A DNA stretch of 61,767 nt, filler included, from Choristocarpus tenellus KU-1152 (GCA_964200185.2; 14 parts of 14 records of this genome joined end to end with filler, not necessarily neighbours in it), one strand, 5' to 3'. Shown: positions 48,080 to 61,767, numbered from the whole stretch's first letter. Numbers and translations: made by a program. Notes: generated by a model from the sequence alone, not told the origin.

Positions 48080-51000
48080 CTCATTATCCCATTGGTGGTT
48101 GAGCTTTTCCTTCTCATGTACCATAGCTTGGTATCGACTAATCTCTGCATTGATCTTGTTTTGGTGCTGAGTATCCACCTCTGTTTCCTCCTATGTTGTC
48201 AAGTCAATGTAATATTGAGTAGGAGAAAGATTTTTTTTCAGGACACAACATGCATTATATGGCAATATTGGACTTCACTGACTTTTAAAATCCAAACTCT
48301 CGCCATATGCTGAAAGCAGTGTTTCCTACAATACCTGGTTGTAGATGTTCAGCTGGTCTCTGATTTTTTCTTCATATTCTAGTTCCATATTTTTTCTCTC
48401 CTCCAGCAATTCCTCATAGTGCCTCCTGTCCATTTCAACCTCAACAGCAAACTTCTCTGTCACTTCTCGGATCTGGCATAAATTTAAGGTTAGGGTTTTT
48501 TAATTAATGTATAAATTTAAGATTGTGAAGTATCAGTGATGATGTTATACATCACATATCAGGTCGTCATCTATAGACACATTTTCCAGATCCTCTCATT
48601 CCAACACCTTCATCTGGTTTTCTCCGCCCAATCCCTCATAGTGTGCTCCACCGATAGATGCATCAACCATCAAGAAGATATGTCACGACAGAGAGGCACT
48701 CGAACATATGCTATCCGAGTGCGTTTAAGAACACAGGAACGAACTACCTTGATGTCCAGACCTACAAAATGACTTCTTCAAGTGCTGCCATTTCCAGGAA
48801 TATGCACAAATTTACTGTTTCAAAGAGAAAATTCCTTCCGCTTATATCAAGGTCTCTGTATATTAAGAGTGAAGAATGAGAAATGTCGGTTTCACTTCGG
48901 AGTTGAAAATTAGCAAAGATTTTAAACATGCCAGAACTCCAGCACTTAGAAACCCAAATAAGGTAGGAGTGAATGTTGAACCACATACATCTGATCATGG
49001 CATGTTCCTTCAGTTGTGGCCTCTGATGAGTTGCTCTTATTGTTGGCATTGCATCTCAAGGATGTACAAGTAATGAAACAGTCGGCTTCGAATTCTGTAG
49101 AGGCAGTATCAAATTAATGAATAATGATTTCTATCAGTCTTCATGCCATGTACCCCAGAGGAGTGTTCAATATTCTGTCAGAATTTCTTTCCCCTATTTT
49201 TTCCTTTAAAATTTCCATGTCTGAGGATTAGTCTCAATATCACATAGAGTGAAAGTATCTGAGAGGGTATGAGTTTTCCCCTATTTGTCCATTTGGGGCT
49301 TGGGTTCCCATTTTTTTTTATATGGCATTTTACCTACTCCAAAATGTTTCGGAGTAGGTAAAATGTGTACGTTATGAAAACATGTGTCTGGAACAAGGAT
49401 ATCGACACTTCCTAACAAAAAAGATAGTCAAAATTACATCAAAATCGCAACATTGGATTTTGTCCCCCAAATGAACGCGGCTCTACCCTCTAAGATACTT
49501 CGGCTCAAACAAAATGTTCATTTTTTTTTTTTAGTAATACCACTTATTATTCACTCATAATTCACCTATAATTCACCTATAATTCATACTCCAATCCACC
49601 CTGGCGTCACAAGAATTTCCATTCACAGCTTTTGGACCATTCTGCATTCCTCAGAATATTTGGCAATAAGTCAGTCCTAGGTAGCATATTATTCATAATG
49701 CCCACGTTGCCTGCCAATTCTGGCCCATAGTATCCTTGAGGGTGGGGAGTTTTAGCCCAGGTAGCTCATTTGGGGCTTGATGAGGTATTGTAAAACACTG
49801 GACTTTGACGCCCATTTGGGGGGTGACTCTCTGTTGGATTTGTTTCTGTCAGAGGGATGCAAAAGGAAGGTGCATGCAGTTGAAAGAAATTATCCTCGCA
49901 TCTAACATGTTCACACAAATGACATGAAGACCACTAAAGTATCGCAATGACCCCGAATGGACACCTGACCCCACCCATTAGGATGCTGTGGGTCTTCTAG
50001 TGCTTCTCCGTGCTTAATAATATCCTCCTGGTCTACCATTTGATCCTTTGCACGAAATAGGATTTAGAGCTAAGGTGGACTGCTATGAAGAAGCAGCAAA
50101 AATGATTGCGATGATCTTTCAAAGATTTTTCAACGCAGATCATGAAACTCTACCAAGAAACATACTTGAAAAAAGCCATCACATCTGTTCTCGGAACCCA
50201 TTCGAAACAAGCCTAGCATGGTTGTGCCTCTGTAAAATTTTACTGTGTCATTGATCTTGTAAAATTAGGTATGTTCAGCACCACAGTTGTTTGGCCCTAT
50301 GTTTTTACTGGAATATGCCTCCAACAAGAATAGTTTTCTTTTCTCCCTCGCAAGGTCAGTAAATGTCAGTTACAGATTCACCTCACCCAGCAGGTTAACT
50401 TGAGATACTGTAGGTCCTTGCAGATCCCCTGCTGTGCAATAATGTTCTATTTTTCATGTGCTGTTATTTTGGTACAAAATGGATGCTTGCTGGTTGATCA
50501 ACTTATTCCGAGATTCAGATGTGACCAATCTAAAAAAATTGTGTATTCATGCTTTATTTACTAGATTCACCTTTTCCTTGTAATTCATGTCCTTGAGTCG
50601 CAGCTGATACTCATTGTTCAACACGAGCTCATCAACTGAGTTTTTCAAGCCTTGCATGGCTTTGGATTGGATGCTAAGTTCAGTTCTCGTCACCAAGATC
50701 TCCTCTGTGTACTCTGTCGCCTCCCTCTCCCTCGCCTTTTATAGGTCAAAAGACATAACACAGATGAGGCAGCACTTAATAGCAACACACTAAACGCTTC
50801 ACACAGACAAGGCGGCATTTAATAGCAACACACCAAAGACTTCATACCTTGCAAAGAAAAAGAACTAGTCATGTGCTACTTGTAATATGCAAGAAACAAT
50901 GGTGACCTCTTTGTCCAGAGAGTTGTGCGTTTATCAAGACGTAAACCACCAGTACAAAGAGTACTGCTCTTTACCGGAGCTCTTGAAAGGAAACCAGACT

Positions 51001-54000
51001 ATAAATTTCACAATAAAACCCGAGTCTGTGCGCGGTTAGTCCCACCTTCCTCTCCGCAGCCTTGGCGTCTTCTGCTACTGTGTACATGGCCAGGGCTCCA
51101 TCTTCCCCACCAACAAACAAGAGGCTCCCATCATGGCTTTGTGCCATGCATGTTACCGGCCCAGAAAGACATGCAAACTCCTTGAATTCTGGGGAAAGTT
51201 CTGTAAACCCCCCTCCCACACGTCCAATTTGGTATGCTCTTACTGATCCTGGTGTACCCATCTGGGCAGTGCCAGCCAGGAGCACTCGAATGTGGTCTGC
51301 TACCTAGATAATTCATTCCAAGTCAGGCCTTTGAGTGATATGACTGAATCTGTGTACCTAAGGCAAATAATTACAAGTGTCCTAGAGAACTAGATTGATT
51401 TTTTTGCTGGACACACAAGTTTGTAAGGACAGTACAACACACAGTAATGAACAATACGATCATTTCACAAATTTGGAACACCCAAGAATTGCCATGAGAA
51501 ATTGTTCGATAAATGGGTAGGCACCTTAATGTTCTCACAACATTTTCCTTCAACATACCCTAGGATGGACATCTTAGTACATTCATGACAAGTTGTTTCG
51601 CATCATGCGGACACCAGAGTTTCACCATAAAATATCATTTAAAATCACAATATACACTTGATTGGAGTTGGTTTCTCATTCATTGACCTTCGCCTTCTTC
51701 ACATGCAGTCATTAATTTCCCTAGCTGCTTTCATGCATTCAGCGTCAAGGAGTTTGATATTGCTACTCAGCTCACCTCCAGAGTTCCAATAGTCACATTG
51801 GTTGCTAGCTGTGATTTGATCAGGCCATCAGAATCTATCGACGCCCTCATCAGATCAAGCTCTCTTTGTGGACAGTGGAGACACAGAGTATCATTGTTGA
51901 AGTGTCAGATATGTCAAGTAATTCGACTAGGACACATGGTTTCACAAGTGGATAGGGTGTAGAGATGATTCACTAACTGACCTACTTATCTTAGAATAGT
52001 CAAGAAAGCTTTTACCAGATGGCCTTGATATGTTGGAATTTGTGAGAATAATCCAATTAACGCTATTCCAAGCTTGGACAACAGTAGGCAGGGTGGGATC
52101 TTAAACCTTTTCCACGGCAGCAATATTCCATGCTAATATCTAGTTTCCATTTCAAAAGCATTCTAGGTTTTGGCCATGCAAAATGTGTCCGCTGTACCTG
52201 AAAATCATTGATCACTTAAGCTTTCTTGCAACATTGACCTAGCCTTGAAAAAAATACTAGTACAATCTAATCCATCATTCTTACCCCTTGAATGTTTTTT
52301 TCACTGCTTGGAAATCAGCTCAGTGTAACATACGTTTTTTAATTGGAGATGCCAGGAAGATATAGTGTATAAACTGTTCATCATCGTCCTCATTGACGTC
52401 TCAAATTTCTTTCCATACACACCTGATATGCATGTCATCTCCTATGCAGAATTGTCTGGTAAAATCTCCTGATGCTGCAGCAGCATAAATGGAACTCCGT
52501 AACTAGTGGAACATAAAACAGCACCCGAACAATTACAGAGAAGGATGCACCATCGGTTTATTGTTGTGACATAGAGGAAAATCCGAACATCCCTGCTACC
52601 ACTGGATGCAAAAGGGTCTCGAATATAACACTCCACATTAGTTTAGCCGGGAAAAAAGTGTTGCGAAATTGCCCAAGTCACCTGGGTGATATCCAGGTAT
52701 ACTTGATGTAATTTAAGGTTATTAGTCAGGTCTTAGATCAGAAATGAGGGAAATATGTTTTAATCGATTTTGAGTAGGAACCAAAGAAATTCAACAGTCT
52801 CATCTCCGTCCTGGGAAGGTTCAAGTTGCCAATATTTTCAGTTCGATCAGGTGGTAAGTAGTGCTGTACTCCATAGAAGGTCTACTAGGTAGGCGAGTAT
52901 TAGAGGACCAGGAAGAGTTATGCCTGGAATGCCTCCTGAGACCGCCTCCCTGTTGATGCATCCCAAATGTGGATCTGTCCCTCACTGCTTGCAGTCAGGA
53001 TGCGTCGATCCTGGTCCTTCCATACGATTGACCTTTGGGGGTAAGGTAAGATGTAGTAAAGAAACCATAGGTAACTTGAGGAGGAACAAGGAATGTACCA
53101 CAAGCAGTGGAGCGGCAGCTTGAACAGAAAAACATCCAACACCTGAGTGGCAGAACTATGGCAGCTTCCAATGACACTACTCCGATCCATCAGCTGTTTT
53201 CCTTTCATAACCAGGAAACACACCTCTACAAATATTATAGCTGTGGATGCAAACCTTGATATATTGCAGTTTGTCTTCCAATGCTCCAATGTTACAGTAA
53301 AGCTCTGACATGCACTAAGTAGATGTCATATCTTCCAACCCTGTACTGCACAAAAGGTAAAACTAGTTGAAAGAAGAGATCTCCAACAGAATTAGGGTTC
53401 GGGTTGAAATTGTACAAGTGAAACGGGCTTAGGTCTAGGTCTACCAAGATCAGTAAAGGAGTCACATTGATTTGATGCATAAACAAGTGCCGAGAATATC
53501 TATATTGGTGTAAATATCGCTTTTAAAACGACATCCTCTACCCCTCATCACTATTCCTTGACTTGCTACTATTTTATAATGTTCTTGTTTGTCAAACACG
53601 TAATTCAGAAACACATCAAACTCATATTGCTTCAGAATCAGCACAAACCTTACTTTCCCCTGGTGGCCCTTGAGTTGAGTGATGATAACACAAGTGTAGG
53701 TGTCGTAGATGTGAACCTTCATTGCAGGATATCACCCAGACCAATGTAAGGATTATGTTTGATAAGGTTCAATTCTAGCAGATGCAATACTTTTAGTCTC
53801 AACAATTCAATCATCAGGTCAGGTGCACAGAGAGAGCTGAGCAAGCAGAATTCCTCTTTGTCAATGTGCTGTTTGGCAAGAGAGTTGTGACTTAGAACAG
53901 GAACATTAACATTCAACATTAGTCAAGACGCCACTGGATCTCCAGCACTGTTGCAAAGTTCAATGTTTCGCTGTTGTAAGTCCCATGCTTTAAGCAAACT

Positions 54001-54318
54001 AACAAATACATACAATGACACCTGGTTGAGTAGATGGGATAGTCTACTGGTGCCACTCACATCTTACCTTCCAAGGACACACACCGTATCAAAGATGTCA
54101 TTGTGTAGTGTATTTCCCAGCATTGCTAGTCAGGTGTATACAGTTGCCAGTGTCAGAGCTGTGCACAAGTGATGATCCCACTTTCCAAGACTAACCTGTG
54201 TATTGCTTGAAATAGCAAAATATTGCCCCCCTTTGCTGAATGATATTGTGTGGCTGTGTTTGGCTGTAAATTCCTTGAGCTGACGTACATCATCCATCAG
54301 GATGCTATATAAACGAAC
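48080..54318 (-). CDS. CFAP57: Cilia- and flagella-associated protein 57 (WDR65), internal exons
   Basis: VRLYSILMDDVRQLKEF..FSKGGQYFA (54318-54196), VHIYD..LKGHQGK, SIVWKDQDRRILTASSEGQIHIWD, GSVRAY..SHDGSLLFVGGEDG, EEILVTRTEL..NNEYQLRLKDMNYKEK (about 50740-50571), then coiled-coil exons near 48475-48334 and 48190-48080. Confidence 0.85.
49247..49506 (+). mobile_element. Family B MITE, full length, in a CFAP57 intron (no TSD visible)
   Basis: GAGTGAAAGTATCTGAGAGGGTA ... TACCCTCTAAGATACTTCGGCTC. Confidence 0.92.
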
Positions 54319-54434
54319 CTGACATGCATTGCCCAAAGAAGGGGCCACAAAATGATGTACAACAGAGTCCAGCAGGCAAATTTAGGAATGATGTGACGAC
54401 TAGCTTGAGCCTACATCTCTCAGCAATATGGAGA

Positions 54435-54493
54435 GACCCAAAGTATCTGGGAGGGGGGGGGGATCTATACCAGGGTGTCCATTTGGGTCAAAA
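54435..54493 (+). mobile_element. Family A MITE left end
   Basis: GACCCAAAGTATCTGGG, G-tract, CAGGGTGTCCATTTG. Confidence 0.88.
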
Positions 54494-54816
54494 NNNNNNN
54501 NNNNNNNNNNNNNNNNNNNNNNNNNNNNNNNNNNNNNTTAATTAATTAANNNNNNNNNNNNNNNNNNNNNNNNNNNNNNNNNNNNNNNNNNNNAAGGGCC
54601 GGCTTCGCAAAACATCCATACCCATAGTCCGGGGCCATCCCCAATTTTGAGGATCCCCTGTTATTTGCAGAATTTTGAGAGCACACACACACGTGATTCA
54701 CATAGCAACAACAAGAACCACGACGATGAGACAAGGAGAGTCGCCGAGATCACTCTGCCCCCTGGATCTAACCTCGGCACCTTCTCTGTCGAAAGGCGAA
54801 AAAAAAAAAGTACCAT

Positions 54817-56336
54817 GTGACATTCGGTGTGATGCTAGGTGACGAGAAAGTGCGTGTAGTGTGGCGCAGCAGCATGATCAAATCGCGAAATGGACCACGC
54901 GACCGCGACACTCTGACGCTGAGAGAAGATGCATTTAAAGCATTACCACATAAACGTGGTTGGATCTTCAACCGATGGGGAGCATTGCTCTGCAGTCTCT
55001 GCCACCTCGGGAAAGCAGGAAGAGATCAGCGAGTCCATCACCAGGTGTGGTACAGTGACGAAGTATGTGGGGAAGGCTGATCGCCGCGGGTGAAGGGAGA
55101 ACCGGAGTGACCGACCGAAGGGAAGGTTGGGGAGGAGAGCAGTTCGACTGCGTGCCATTGCGCTATGAGAGACGTTTCGTTCTGGGCCTCGACGAAGACA
55201 TCCTTGCCGAGGTCGAAGAGTGAGTCAGTCGGTGAACATACACGAAGAAAGGGTGGCGAGGCTTTTTTCGCGGATAAAACCCTATACTTAAATCAAGTAA
55301 TAGCGCATCTGTTGCCACTGTTGGTGACCTACAATCCAAGGTTCGAACCCCAATATGAGCGCTCTTTCTTCAAAAAAGGAATAAATGACGGAAAAAACGA
55401 AGCCCGTCCTATGGAGGGCATTGTGACAGGCATCACAATTATGCTTTTATGTTTAAATCTGATGTCTACATCAAAAGTTATGACGGGACAACCCCAAAGG
55501 CATAAACTACTGGTACCACTGTATTGAAACTGTTGCTTCGAGTCCAAAACTCTGACCACACATCAACTGCAGTACCTGATAAATGTACAAGAGGTAGGCT
55601 AGTGAACCAACACCTTACACCATTGTCACGTGTTTGTTGTGCACCTCCCAACTAACATGAGTGCTGCCCAGTACAAACTACGCTGGAGTTGCTATCACTG
55701 GCAACAATTGGAAGGGAAACTTTGAAGGTGTCGATCCTGGTCACTTCTGCTCGAGCCATACCATACGGGCCTCAGCTCCAGTCCAGCTGGCCACTGAAGC
55801 CTACTCATATGACCTGTCTCGGCCTTTCTCCCTACCCAGAGACGCATATCCTATACAGGTGGTGTTGAGCAAGAGGAGATGAAAACGTGAATGCGCTAGT
55901 CCCTTGGTTGTACTCTGTAAGAAGACAAATATCCTATGGATAGAGTGTGTTCTGCACAAGAAAAGAAGAAAAGAGAGAGGCAATTGCTATGTAGGTATTG
56001 TGACAACCATGGCCATGGATCGCATTTGCTCGGGGCCTTCACATCGACAATGTATCCTTTGAGCACAGCGTATTGCTTCCTCCTATGTTAACTCGTGTCC
56101 AATAACATTATATGCACTTTGCCAAGTATCATGAGTACTCCCATGATTCACAGGCACAAAGAGCTGTTACAGGCACGCTCCAAAAGCTTACCTCCACCAG
56201 TTATGTAGCTCCAATCCACAGGCCTATAGATGGCGTTGATGCTAGTACAAGGCTCCCAGGATACTCTGACAGTCAAAGGGGTCCAATCCACAGGTTAACG
56301 AACGTCAGCTCAGCAGAACAGGGGTACTCTCAATGA
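54817..56336 (+). pseudogene. Decayed hAT-like transposase
   Basis: N-terminal W..LCSLC zinc-finger-like piece, GVAITGNNWK (decayed S/T-D-G-W), IQVV and ILWIECVLH (CxxH) in hAT order; many stops and frameshifts. Confidence 0.5.
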
Positions 56337-57439
56337 ATCAATCGGCATAAGAAATGTTTATTGGTATCTGTTCAAGGGAGCTTTACCTGGGTCTCTTGAG
56401 CCGAACTGAGCCATTTGGAGCCGTTTTTAGGATCTCTTATCATCATCATTTACCGTTGGGGCTTCTTTGGTTTACAGACATTGGAATATATCTGAGAACC
56501 CTTGCGACTTTCCCGAGTTACAGATTTATTCTGCAACTTTTTAGCAAATCGGAGTTCCCCCTTTTGTCCCCACGCGTGTACACTGCTCGCGCCGGTGAAA
56601 GCGCGGGAAGAAATATTCGCGCTACTCGCCTGTGATAGAACAGTAAGAGACCACCAAATACATTGCAAATAGGCCTGAACATCACATGCCCTGCATCGAA
56701 AGGATTCGGTCCTCCATCCAAGCAAGACTGGAGGCCTACCACAAAATACATGGTGACAAATGTCAATGTGATGGGCAATACGGGCAAGAGGTTGGTCTCT
56801 TGTGAGACCAAGTTCTACTCTCATAGGGCAGCCAACTCCTTGCCAGTACCATCCATTACAACGACACCTGCAACTATGTGAGGTCACATATACACACATA
56901 CCGTGTTCACGACGGTGGCTACAACACTTTGCATTCTGCTACGGTGACTTGTTCTTCACCGCAGTAGGGATGTTGGAATTTGGTAGCTTGGAGTCAGACC
57001 TACCCATCACGAAGATAATATGGTACAGCACAAAAGCACTGAATGTACTGGCAAAGGAGAAAACTGCAACTATTTGCAACAACAGATACTGCAGGTGACC
57101 ATACATGCTCTGTAGAACTAGAAGTAAGAGTAGCCTTATGCCGCAATCGTGTCAGCTGCATACTATAGACTCCTCCAAATTCGATCATATATCATGGAGT
57201 TCATGTGGGTGACGTGGTGTGTGCCATATCCTACGGGGTCAACATGTTTAGAAATACCTATGTACGGAGGTAGAAGATCCTCACGTGCACCAATGGTAGT
57301 CCACCGTAGCAAGAATCTCAACTACACGACTGTGTGTTGGAGTAAATTATTTCCACCGAGTCATGGTCCCGTTGAGGTCCGTATTCTGTGTGAGATACAC
57401 TGGTGCTCCTGGAGGGCAGAACACCACGAGGGCACCTGC

Positions 57440-58200
57440 ATATGATATGAGGTCAGAGATAAGGACATGAACTCGGGAATGTGTGTGCCATGTGACACAT
57501 AGCTCACATCTTCACATTCAAGAGAAAATGATTTCAAATTATGCAATGCATGGTGGTGGTCAATTTCTGGGCAATGAGGTAAGTGTGGGAGAGCCAAAGC
57601 ATTATTGAGCGGTATGCCGGTTTTGTAAAGGGGTCTCTGCAAACGATTTTAAATTAGAGCATTTACGTCCCTTCACCACCCAATCCAAAATCCAATGACG
57701 AAACATGCATCTACAGAGTCTCTTGTTCTACATTCACAGACTCCTGAGGAGGATTCCACGAATTAGGGCCATAAAAATGGAGTGCTAAGCAGCACATTTA
57801 TGAGTCCCTTAACGATAGGATGGCGAATCACCCTCCCTCTTTGAAAATTTGACCAGTAGGTCTTGGCATTTTCGGCATTTTTCAGCTAGAAACACCTTTT
57901 GTTTCTACTGACACACTGTCATCAACGCATGATGGCTCGGATAAGAAATGCTGTGGACGTGTTTGTTTCAAGCAGGAACTGTCACTGTGATTGTGGGTGT
58001 ACCGCAGAAGCTACTTGGAAATTGCGTAAGTAAACAACTATTAGGGATTTTACTACATACCTATGTCCGAATCTATTGCAAACTTTGCTGTGGTTGATCA
58101 TTTGGTTGTCATCTTCTCCTGTGTTGGTTACAGCCTTGCAGCAGTCAGCAATGCTTCTTCCCAAACACGATAAATGTATTAAGTCCATCTTGAGGTGAGT
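57440..58200 (+). pseudogene. Possible second hAT relic (CxxH and dimerisation-like region)
   Basis: ECVCH near 57480; CPNLLQ ... CVGYSLAAVSNASSQTR near 58065-58170 resembles a decayed PNL..S-x-x-E-R-x-F-S..R motif. Confidence 0.3.
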
Positions 58201-58536
58201 CCTGGCATTTCTATTTACACCTCAATAACACAGATTGGGGCGTTCTGCTGGAACTGAAAAGTTCTAGTTGAAATTGTGTGGACAGAAGATCAAATGCAAT
58301 CATCATCCTTATTCGGATCTGAGGGTATTTGACATGTCGAGGTACATACCGATAACTTTGATCTCATAATTTGGAATCTACATCTAGATTTTCTCTGTTG
58401 CAAACAACAAGTAGCACCTCTTTGCACTTTGACTACTGTCAAATCTCTCTTCCCATAACACAAAAGAAGCGTTCTAAAATAGTGTCTATTGGCTGGATTG
58501 CAGAAATCAAGGGGCTCTATCATAGAAGTATGATGG

Positions 58537-58643
58537 GAGTCAAAGTATCTGGGGGGGGGGGGGGGGGGTTGGAGTGGGGCGGCCGTTTGGGAGAAAAAAC
58601 TCCTTTTTTTTTTTACATTTTAAATCCAACAAACGCGACCAAA
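58537..58643 (+). mobile_element. Family A MITE (divergent subfamily) left part
   Basis: GAGTCAAAGTATCT, poly-G, CCGTTT..AAATCC.AC..GCGACCAAA as in the 11149 copy. Confidence 0.8.
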
Positions 58644-58743
58644 NNNNNNNNNNNNNNNNNNNNNNNNNNNNNNNNNNNNNNNNNNNNTTAATTAATTAAN
58701 NNNNNNNNNNNNNNNNNNNNNNNNNNNNNNNNNNNNNNNNNNN

Positions 58744-58840
58744 TTAGAGGGTAGAGCCGTGTCCATTTGGGGGTCAAAATACAATGTTGTGATTTTGATG
58801 TAATTTTGGCTATCGTGTACCCTCTAAGATAGTTTCACTC
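58744..58840 (-). mobile_element. Family B MITE with internal deletion
   Basis: TTAGAGGGTAGAGCCGTGTCCATTTGG..TTGGCTATCGTG joined directly to TACCCTCTAAGATAGTTTCACTC. Confidence 0.88.
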
Positions 58841-59334
58841 TTTAGGAATACAAATGTCCAACAATTTCAGATTTTCTATCTAAAAAAATTGGAGGGTGCC
58901 ATTTTTTTTTTACCTTTTGGTTTCTGAACATTGGAAACGTACAAGATCAATTAAGTATTCCCATTAAAAAAGGGGCCCATAAAAAAGGTGCCGCAACATT
59001 TACAAAAAAACATATCGGCACCATTTTCGGTCAAAACTATCCTCAATAAAAAGCTCCATCCTCAATTTTTAAAATCCACTGTTAACTCGTATCAATTATC
59101 AAGTATCAAACTCCAATAGATATTGTAGACCTATCACTAGAGGTTTTTGTAAGATGGAAAGGTGCACCAAACCAGTATCTTGATGAAGAATAGGTTCAAT
59201 CCGAATTGTATACATTGATGAACCTATTATATGAAAGTCATGGTAAACCAACACTTTGTTTCATTTCCTGAGGGAGTATCACATCGCACTTCCGATACTG
59301 TTAAGGTAATCCGACTGACCTTTTTTTGAGCAAA

Positions 59335-59514
59335 GGCTAAAAGTATCTGGGGGGGGTGGCAGCTGTCCATTTGGGGCCAATTGTTTCATGTCGCGATATT
59401 TGGATGATTTGGTTCCATCTACGTTGGATGGATAATGAAAGTGCACCTTTCCTGGTTTTGGTCCAAATGCCACTCTGGTCTAGACCTCCCCCCCCCCCCC
59501 AGATACTTTGGGTC
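59335..59514 (-). mobile_element. Family A MITE, full length
   Basis: GGCTAAAAGTATCTGGGG ... CCCCAGATACTTTGGGTC; flanks AAA and AAAG. Confidence 0.92.
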
Positions 59515-61767
59515 AAAGATGAATGTAAACCCATTACCTGAACAATTGGTTTCGCGATTTAGAATACTTCTGCATTGAGGTACATCCAGAACATAGTCTA
59601 GAATTTATCATTGCTATCTGATTCAAAACCATACGGTGCAAACCATCCAAGGACTTCTGCTTTCGTTGACCCCTCAATAATCCATTTGCCACAACAGGGT
59701 CTTTGCGACAATATAGGGCAGACTAATCCACAAACTTCTTGTTATTATGTTGACGGTCTGACTTAGGCGTACCTCCTGAGCATTCAAACAAGGATGGTCA
59801 TCTGAAATCCTATAGAATATACAATATGAAAGAAATGAAGCACCTAACTTTATGTGGGATGGACATGACGCCACTTCCTACAACTAGTTTCATTTCACAA
59901 GAGAAAAAAAGTTTCTCTTCCTTTTCTTTTCAGTAGACAGGCACATTTTGTTTGGGTTGGAAATCTAACACACTGGCAGTCTAAGACTTAGTTATCTTAT
60001 CATACACTTTCTAAACAGGTTAGTAGTTGCTCCGATTTTTGCATTTCGATAGGCAGTTGTGTATTTATCAACCATCTCTAGAGCATCACCCTGTCATAAC
60101 AAAAATATCAGTATAATGGCCACTGTTCCAATAGAACACGTGCATACATATTTCCAGAATGTCTCCAACATCAGAGGAAGTTCCACCATACGATAGGCAT
60201 TCCTCAATCGTTTGTCAGGGGCTTAAGAACATTAACTATTTCCCGACAAAATATCAGACATTAGTTGCTCCGCTTCCATATTGCACATACATACATAATG
60301 TCTGCAACAGAGGAAGTTGTACTACAAGTCAGGCATTCCTCCTTCGCCAGGCAGGAACTTGGGAGGGAGACGCAGGCACTGTGTAGTCATTTCCATTTTG
60401 TTCCGCATTGCAGATGGAACTGCACTTAAACGGACCACAGTCATTACCTACAATCCAGCTGGTTTTTCATCACGAGACATCCGATCGCCTGTAACCACCT
60501 CCCCCCACCTCTCATTCAGGTTGCAGTGCAGTAGTGTCAGCCCCCCAAAACTCAAAAAGATCAGGAACTGTCACTTTGGTTTGTGTTTCGAAGTAAGAGG
60601 TGCCTCCTTGATCATCATGCAAAATGGACCACAACTCTTGACTGCACATCATGCATGCTTCACTCGTTGAATCCATTTTCACACAAAAAGCAAGCCTTAC
60701 ACCTGGTTTTCTTTTTTTCCAACCTGTCCTTGCTTCAGTCAGTACAATACATCATACACATACTAATAGGTCTAATGTGATACCGTTGCAGCTCCAGGAA
60801 CTCTTATCTGTCTACTAATCAAGTCAGGTAAACACTGCCTGTCCAGGAACCAACATTACCACTTGTGGAGAGAGCTCCCTCCAAAGCAAGAAGTTCACAC
60901 CTGCCCATCCACCACCCTCCAACAAAAACAAGTACATTCCATACCACAAAGTAAAATCACATCACATGCAAATAACACAGGCATAACCACACCTAGATGC
61001 AAGAAGATCATCCACCCACCTGCAACTTATTCCTCGATGCAGGAAAAGAACACACTCATCACACTTTTCCCTATACTCTTGTGCCTGCTAAGCCACCCCT
61101 CTTCAAATCAACCACCCAACTAAGTTCCCTTCCCCTTACACTCTGTTTGGGTGTACCCTTCCAGAAATCACCTTCCTCAACATCATGCCGAACATACCAC
61201 TACTACCAAATTACAAGTGAATGAGAAATGATAAAGTCACGAGAGCTTGGATTGTTGCCAGCACACCACGGATCAAAAGAGGATTACAGTCTAGTCGTTG
61301 GTATGTTATCAACATGAGAAACCCCAATAACACTGTGCTGGGTTTAGCATATACCGTTGGAGATATACTCCAGTACCTCACTCATGATGACCTGCTCACC
61401 CCTCTCCCTATCAAGTCAACCACAATTGTCTAGTTCTGACAAAAATCGGTGGGTCGCATGTCAGATCTATATTTACATCCCTAGAGTGGCGCACATTTGT
61501 GTAGCTACAATAGTTTGATCCACACTCCTTAAACCTAAAAATACCTCTGCCCTTCCCCCCTACCAACACCACCCCCCAGCCTCCTCCTCTTCTTACTAGA
61601 ATCTACCACCTCATCATCAAACCCTCCTCCATTTACAAGCACGTCTAGATCCACATCATCGTCATCCACTTGACCTCCCCCTCCCCCAGAAACTGACGAG
61701 CTCAAACCCATTGATACCCCTGTGCCAACAACACGACCCCCCCCAACATACACCAATCCTCCCTTCC

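Overview
Eukaryotic, intron-rich and transposon-rich DNA, most consistent with a flagellated stramenopile such as a brown alga (inferred from gene content, TTAGGG repeats and element types, not proven). It is not one locus: 14 short contigs are joined by artificial 100-bp linkers (N-run, TTAATTAATTAA, N-run), so adjacency across linkers means nothing. Host genes, all partial except the Kelch gene: a coiled-coil protein, a dual-specificity phosphatase exon, CDC7 head-to-head with a KLHDC10-like Kelch gene, a multi-exon non-RD TKL-type kinase and CFAP57/WDR65. Mobile DNA: three Copia remnants (one with a half-tRNAiMet primer site), RTE-LINE, Tc1/mariner and hAT relics, and about 30 short non-autonomous elements in three families that share a G(A/G)NNN-AAAGTA terminus, with 4-bp target duplications where these are intact (Sola-like). 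Best leads: (i) this MITE network plus a decayed Sola2-like transposase C-terminus followed by two Tudor-like barrels (33969-36039); (ii) many short interstitial TTAGGG tracts, one flanked by a perfect 13-bp duplication, suggesting telomerase-patched breaks. All family assignments come from motif recognition by eye and need profile searches.
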